Of a DNA stretch of 64,000 nucleotides, positions 48,931 to 64,000 are shown one piece after another. A program made the position numbers and the translations under genes. The stretch is from Podarcis pityusensis (Eukaryota), in NCBI GenBank assembly GCA_964106645.2, contig OZ067043.1. One strand, given 5' to 3'. Within the stretch, counting starts at the first letter, position 1. Every line of letters starts with the position of its first letter. The notes below the pieces were generated by a model. That model worked only from the letters and a program-made list of their open reading frames with translations, did no database searches and was not told the DNA's origin.

Positions 48931-51512
48931 TCATATGGTAATCTAGATCCCCGCCTCCGCCCCTCCAAGTGTCATTAAATTAAAGTTCAGCAATTTGAAA
49001 ATGTAACTGTTGACTGCTAACAGCTTACTGAAGGAAACGAAGTCATTTAACACTAAGGCTTTAAAAGGTTCTAAGTTGTATGATCAGAATATTATCTATA
49101 AGCTAAGATCTCACATATAAAGCTTCTTCGTATTATTTTACATTGCAAAGTTCTGGAAGATACTATTACAGTCCCAAGGGTATTGCACTTCTCTTTCAGA
49201 TTCTGAAGCAGCTGTAATGTTGCCATGCTCTCTTAATAAAAGACAAACAGCTACAACTTTGAACAGGTAACACTTGACAAAACGGGGTGGAGGCCAAGCT
49301 GCATTCATACAATGTATTAATAGCAGAACCATAGCAGTGGAAAAAATAAACAGCTCAATTAAAGAATATGTCCAATTAAAGAATATGTGGATGTAAATTT
49401 ATATATTTATATATAAACAATAAATGACTTGGTACACAGTGAAATACATATCTATGCTGCAAACTTAAAAGTTGAAATTTCTTTCAGTTTTGAAGAAAGT
49501 CAGACTATTGTTTTTTTCACTGTGGCAAAATGCCACCACAATCTTTTAAAATAAATTACTCACATTTCTGTCAACGTACTTCATATGAGACAAATGCTGC
49601 AGCTCTTATGCAAAAAAATTCTTTGGTAGAGAAATTAAACGTCAGAAACTGTTCTTACTTATATTAATGACCAAACACAAATATAAAACGAAATTAACTT
49701 GAGATAGAGAAAGAGAGCACCAGTATTTAATAAAACAAATCCAGCCGTCAATTCTGGTTCTCCAAAAACCGCAACAACTTTGGTTGAGCTAAACAGCCAA
49801 ACTCAATTTACAAAGCAAAAAGTTCCAAACACACTGAACCCCAATCACATTTCAACTCGGGCGTTATAATTTTCAATGGAACTTCAGGAACGCTTGCTTA
49901 GGATTGAAGCCAACCAACTACCATTTCCCCACCCCCAATTAAGTTAATACTTTTACCATTCTTATTTGCAGATATGGGTAAGTACAAAATATGCTTAATA
50001 ATACTCTTGCGCTTGCATTTTTTAATATATATACACATTTGGACGGAAACAATTCCCTTCCTGCCCTCTTATGCAAATCTTACACTCATATCAGAGAGTT
50101 GAAATACAACTAAACAGGTTCTAGCCTGCTATACCTTACAAAACTATTTCTTCTACTAGGCCAAGAATACTAAGACATGGTCTTACAAATAAGCAAAACA
50201 ACTCTACCCCGCCCCCGACCCAAAGTCAGTAGAGCCAATAGAACTGCACTGATAAAACTGCAAGTTTGCTTCCTATTGCCCCTAACAAACAGGATTTCGT
50301 CACAAGTACATGTGCACTTATATTAATAAATCAAGTGGTCCCAATAGGAACCAGACTCTTCGCCCTCATACAACTATTGACAATAAAGTACTAACCAAGC
50401 CATTAAAAACAACCGCAACTCACAATTCTGCAATAAAAATAGAAATATCTTAATGCACATTAAAGATAGACTGCTTCTACCAAAATGTTAATCTATATAT
50501 TATTCAAAAGGGGAAGGGCTTGACCAACTGCTATACATTTTAATTCATTCAATGTGCAATTCAAATATTAATTCGAAAGTTTCATTTTGCCATTTCCTCC
50601 ATACGAGTCAAGAATCAGAAGAATTTTCAAAGATATCAAGCTTCGTGGTGCATTCAAGGCATGAGAGATTTAGTAATGGGATTAAGAGGCTCATGTGTAA
50701 TGGTTTTCTCCTGCTACATTTCTCCTGCGGGGGGTAGTATTTCCTTTGCAATACTGTATACTGCAAATTATTTTCTTGATACAGATCTAGTATCAAGGGT
50801 ATTTACTTATGATGAAAAACAATGAAGGTCCAGGCCAACACGATATGCCGCAGTTCTGGGAATGATTTACCACACACATTCTGCAACATGTAAGTTGGCA
50901 GGGAGGGTGATGAAGATCAATATCTCTTTGGATTCTTGCTAGGTTGTTGGTTATACTACCGCCCAACTGCCATCTTGCTATGACGTTGCAGAATAGACAG
51001 CACCAAATCATTAAAACAAAAAAGCACCCTGTATTCACACAGAGGTTGAATCCACCCAAATGGGGGCGTGGGAGACCAGATATCCCAGCATGATTTTCGG
51101 ATGAATTTATGCCCTCTCTTAAATATTTATTAATACATTTGCTAACATTACAGGCCTATATGAATATATTCGGTATTATCTCATTTTCCATTCATTCATC
51201 ATTTCCAACAGATTATGGGCAATTAGCTGAAAGGCATTAAGAAGGAGCCATTGCAAACAACAGATTTGAAGACACAAGCTTTGTGATAAGAGTGACTTGA
51301 CATTTACTGCATTAAATTGCAAAATGCTCAACAGCTATTCTTATAGGGAAGCCAGATTTTTTTTTTTAAAGGAGACAGTTTTCCTTTAGAAATGCTATTA
51401 TTTTGATCTGTTCCAGTGGTTGTTTCATCTTCTTTGAGTACAATCTCCCTCTCTCTGCATCCATTCTTTGAACTTAGCACAACTCAAGCTTTGGGAAAGA
51501 GCAGTGATGGAG
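47180..51512 (-). other. ARFGEF2: ARFGEF2 long 3' UTR (end inferred)
   Basis: AU-rich and poor in transposons; minus-strand AATAAA at 51126, 47697, 47462 and 47200, the last followed by a U-rich tract. Confidence 0.55.
48869..48928. repeat. Compound (TC)n(AC)n microsatellite
   Basis: Direct reading. Confidence 0.9.
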
Positions 51513-62715
<11,203 letters not shown>

Positions 62716-62777
62716 CTATTAAAAAGAGAAATGGGCATTCTGTCAGAAGAAGTGCATATCCAGTGAAAATTGGACTA

Positions 62778-63011
62778 CAGTGGTACCTCAGGTTAAGTAC
62801 TTAAATCATTCTGGAGGTCTGTTCTTAATCTGAAACTGTTCTTAACCTTAAGCACCACTTTAGCTAATGGAGCCTCTTGCTGCCACCGCTGCACGATTTC
62901 TGTTCTCATCCTGAAGCAAAGTTCTTAACCCGAGGTAATATTTCTGGGTTAGCGGAGTCTGTAACCTGAAACGTATGTAACCTGAAGCGAATGTAACCTG
63001 GGGTACCACTG
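62778..63011. mobile_element. Tigger/pogo-like MITE
   Basis: TA|CAGTGGTACCTCAGGTTA ... TAACCTGGGGTACCACTG|TA; repeated TAACCTGAA. Confidence 0.9.
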
Positions 63012-64000
63012 TATACAAATACAGCCCTGCAACCTGATTGGTCCATAGAACAACGACTGGCATGATGCCGCTAACAAGACAGTCAGAAACAGCCTGGGGC
63101 AGGACTGGGGAACCTCAGGCCCTCTGGGTCTCTCTATTCAGCCACTGGAACTCTTCCTAAGCTATGCCACACTTCCCAGGCAACCTCTCCTTCACAGACC
63201 ATCCCTACTCAGTGGCCCTGCTCTAGACCCTCCTTGAGTACTTTTGCCAGGATGGAATGCAACCCACTACGAAAAGGTGTAACTCATGCCCACTGCCCCA
63301 GCCCCTTTTGCCTCTGCCCATAGCTGGCATGTGCCCCCTAAAGATTGGCCGTGGGCAGAAACAGGCCCCCCACTCCCACCCCGATCAAGGTATTCTCAAA
63401 ATACATCAGTCCCAAATCTTTGCAGAGTATCAAAATGAGCTTGGCAGTAAATATCATCAATCGGAATAGTGTTTGTTTCCCTGTAATTTTGTTTATGATC
63501 AAGACATAAATCCAGAAACTTTGAGCACAATTATGACAAGCCAGTCATTAAGGAAAGACACGTGGTAATATAAAAGGCTATATATTTTAAAAAGAAGGAA
63601 AAAAGAAATGCAGACTCTGTATCGCACCCAGCCTGTTTGCGCTGACAAGGAGCAGTAAGGGAGAAAGCTAACTGTCCATGCTTGAAAACAGGAAGTCCAA
63701 CCACACCCTAAAGGGCTTTCAACTTCTTAAACTTCTTGTTTCTTCTTACAGGCTTAACACATTTTCTTAACACTGTTCCAATTTCATATTTGGGATCATC
63801 TAAATTCCAAGGCTGTGTGACTCATGAGGTCTGGCCAAGAAATAAGTCATGTCCAACATAAATTGGTGTCTATGCTAAAAATGGTCTGTAGTTTTGCCCA
63901 AGTGCTGCACGTCACCTCCAGGCCCCTTGGAGCTTCCTAATAACAAAGGGTGTGCCTTTGCAGAATTGCAGTTTTGCCAGTCAAGCTTTATATAGGACCT

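Overview
Vertebrate nuclear DNA, not prokaryotic. The repeats (Sauria SINE, tRNA-derived SINEs, L1/L2 fragments, hAT and Tc1/mariner MITEs) point to a squamate, probably a lacertid lizard. All three genes lie on the minus strand. (1) The last 14 coding exons of ARFGEF2/BIG2 (62715-51513), followed by a long AU-rich 3' UTR that probably runs to about 47180. (2) The complete CSE1L/exportin-2 gene: CpG-island promoter near 44.6 kb, a non-coding exon 1, and 24 coding exons from 42089 to 19172. I traced these by hand; they total 2916 nt (971 aa plus stop) and every intron is GT-AG. (3) A second CpG island (about 12.3-13.6 kb) with a promoter and non-coding first exon of a gene running off the left edge. 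STAU1 is the synteny candidate, but no coding exon confirms it. Most ORFs in the supplied track are spurious or overlap exons and repeats. I found no support for a new multi-gene system. The best leads are a CCAAT x3 + CDE/CHR cell-cycle promoter on CSE1L, the orientation and motifs of the 13 kb promoter, ZNF143/THAP11-like motifs carried by a hAT MITE family, and a young hairpin-minisatellite MITE inside a minimal ARFGEF2 intron. Comparisons with human proteins and repeat families are from memory, not from searches.
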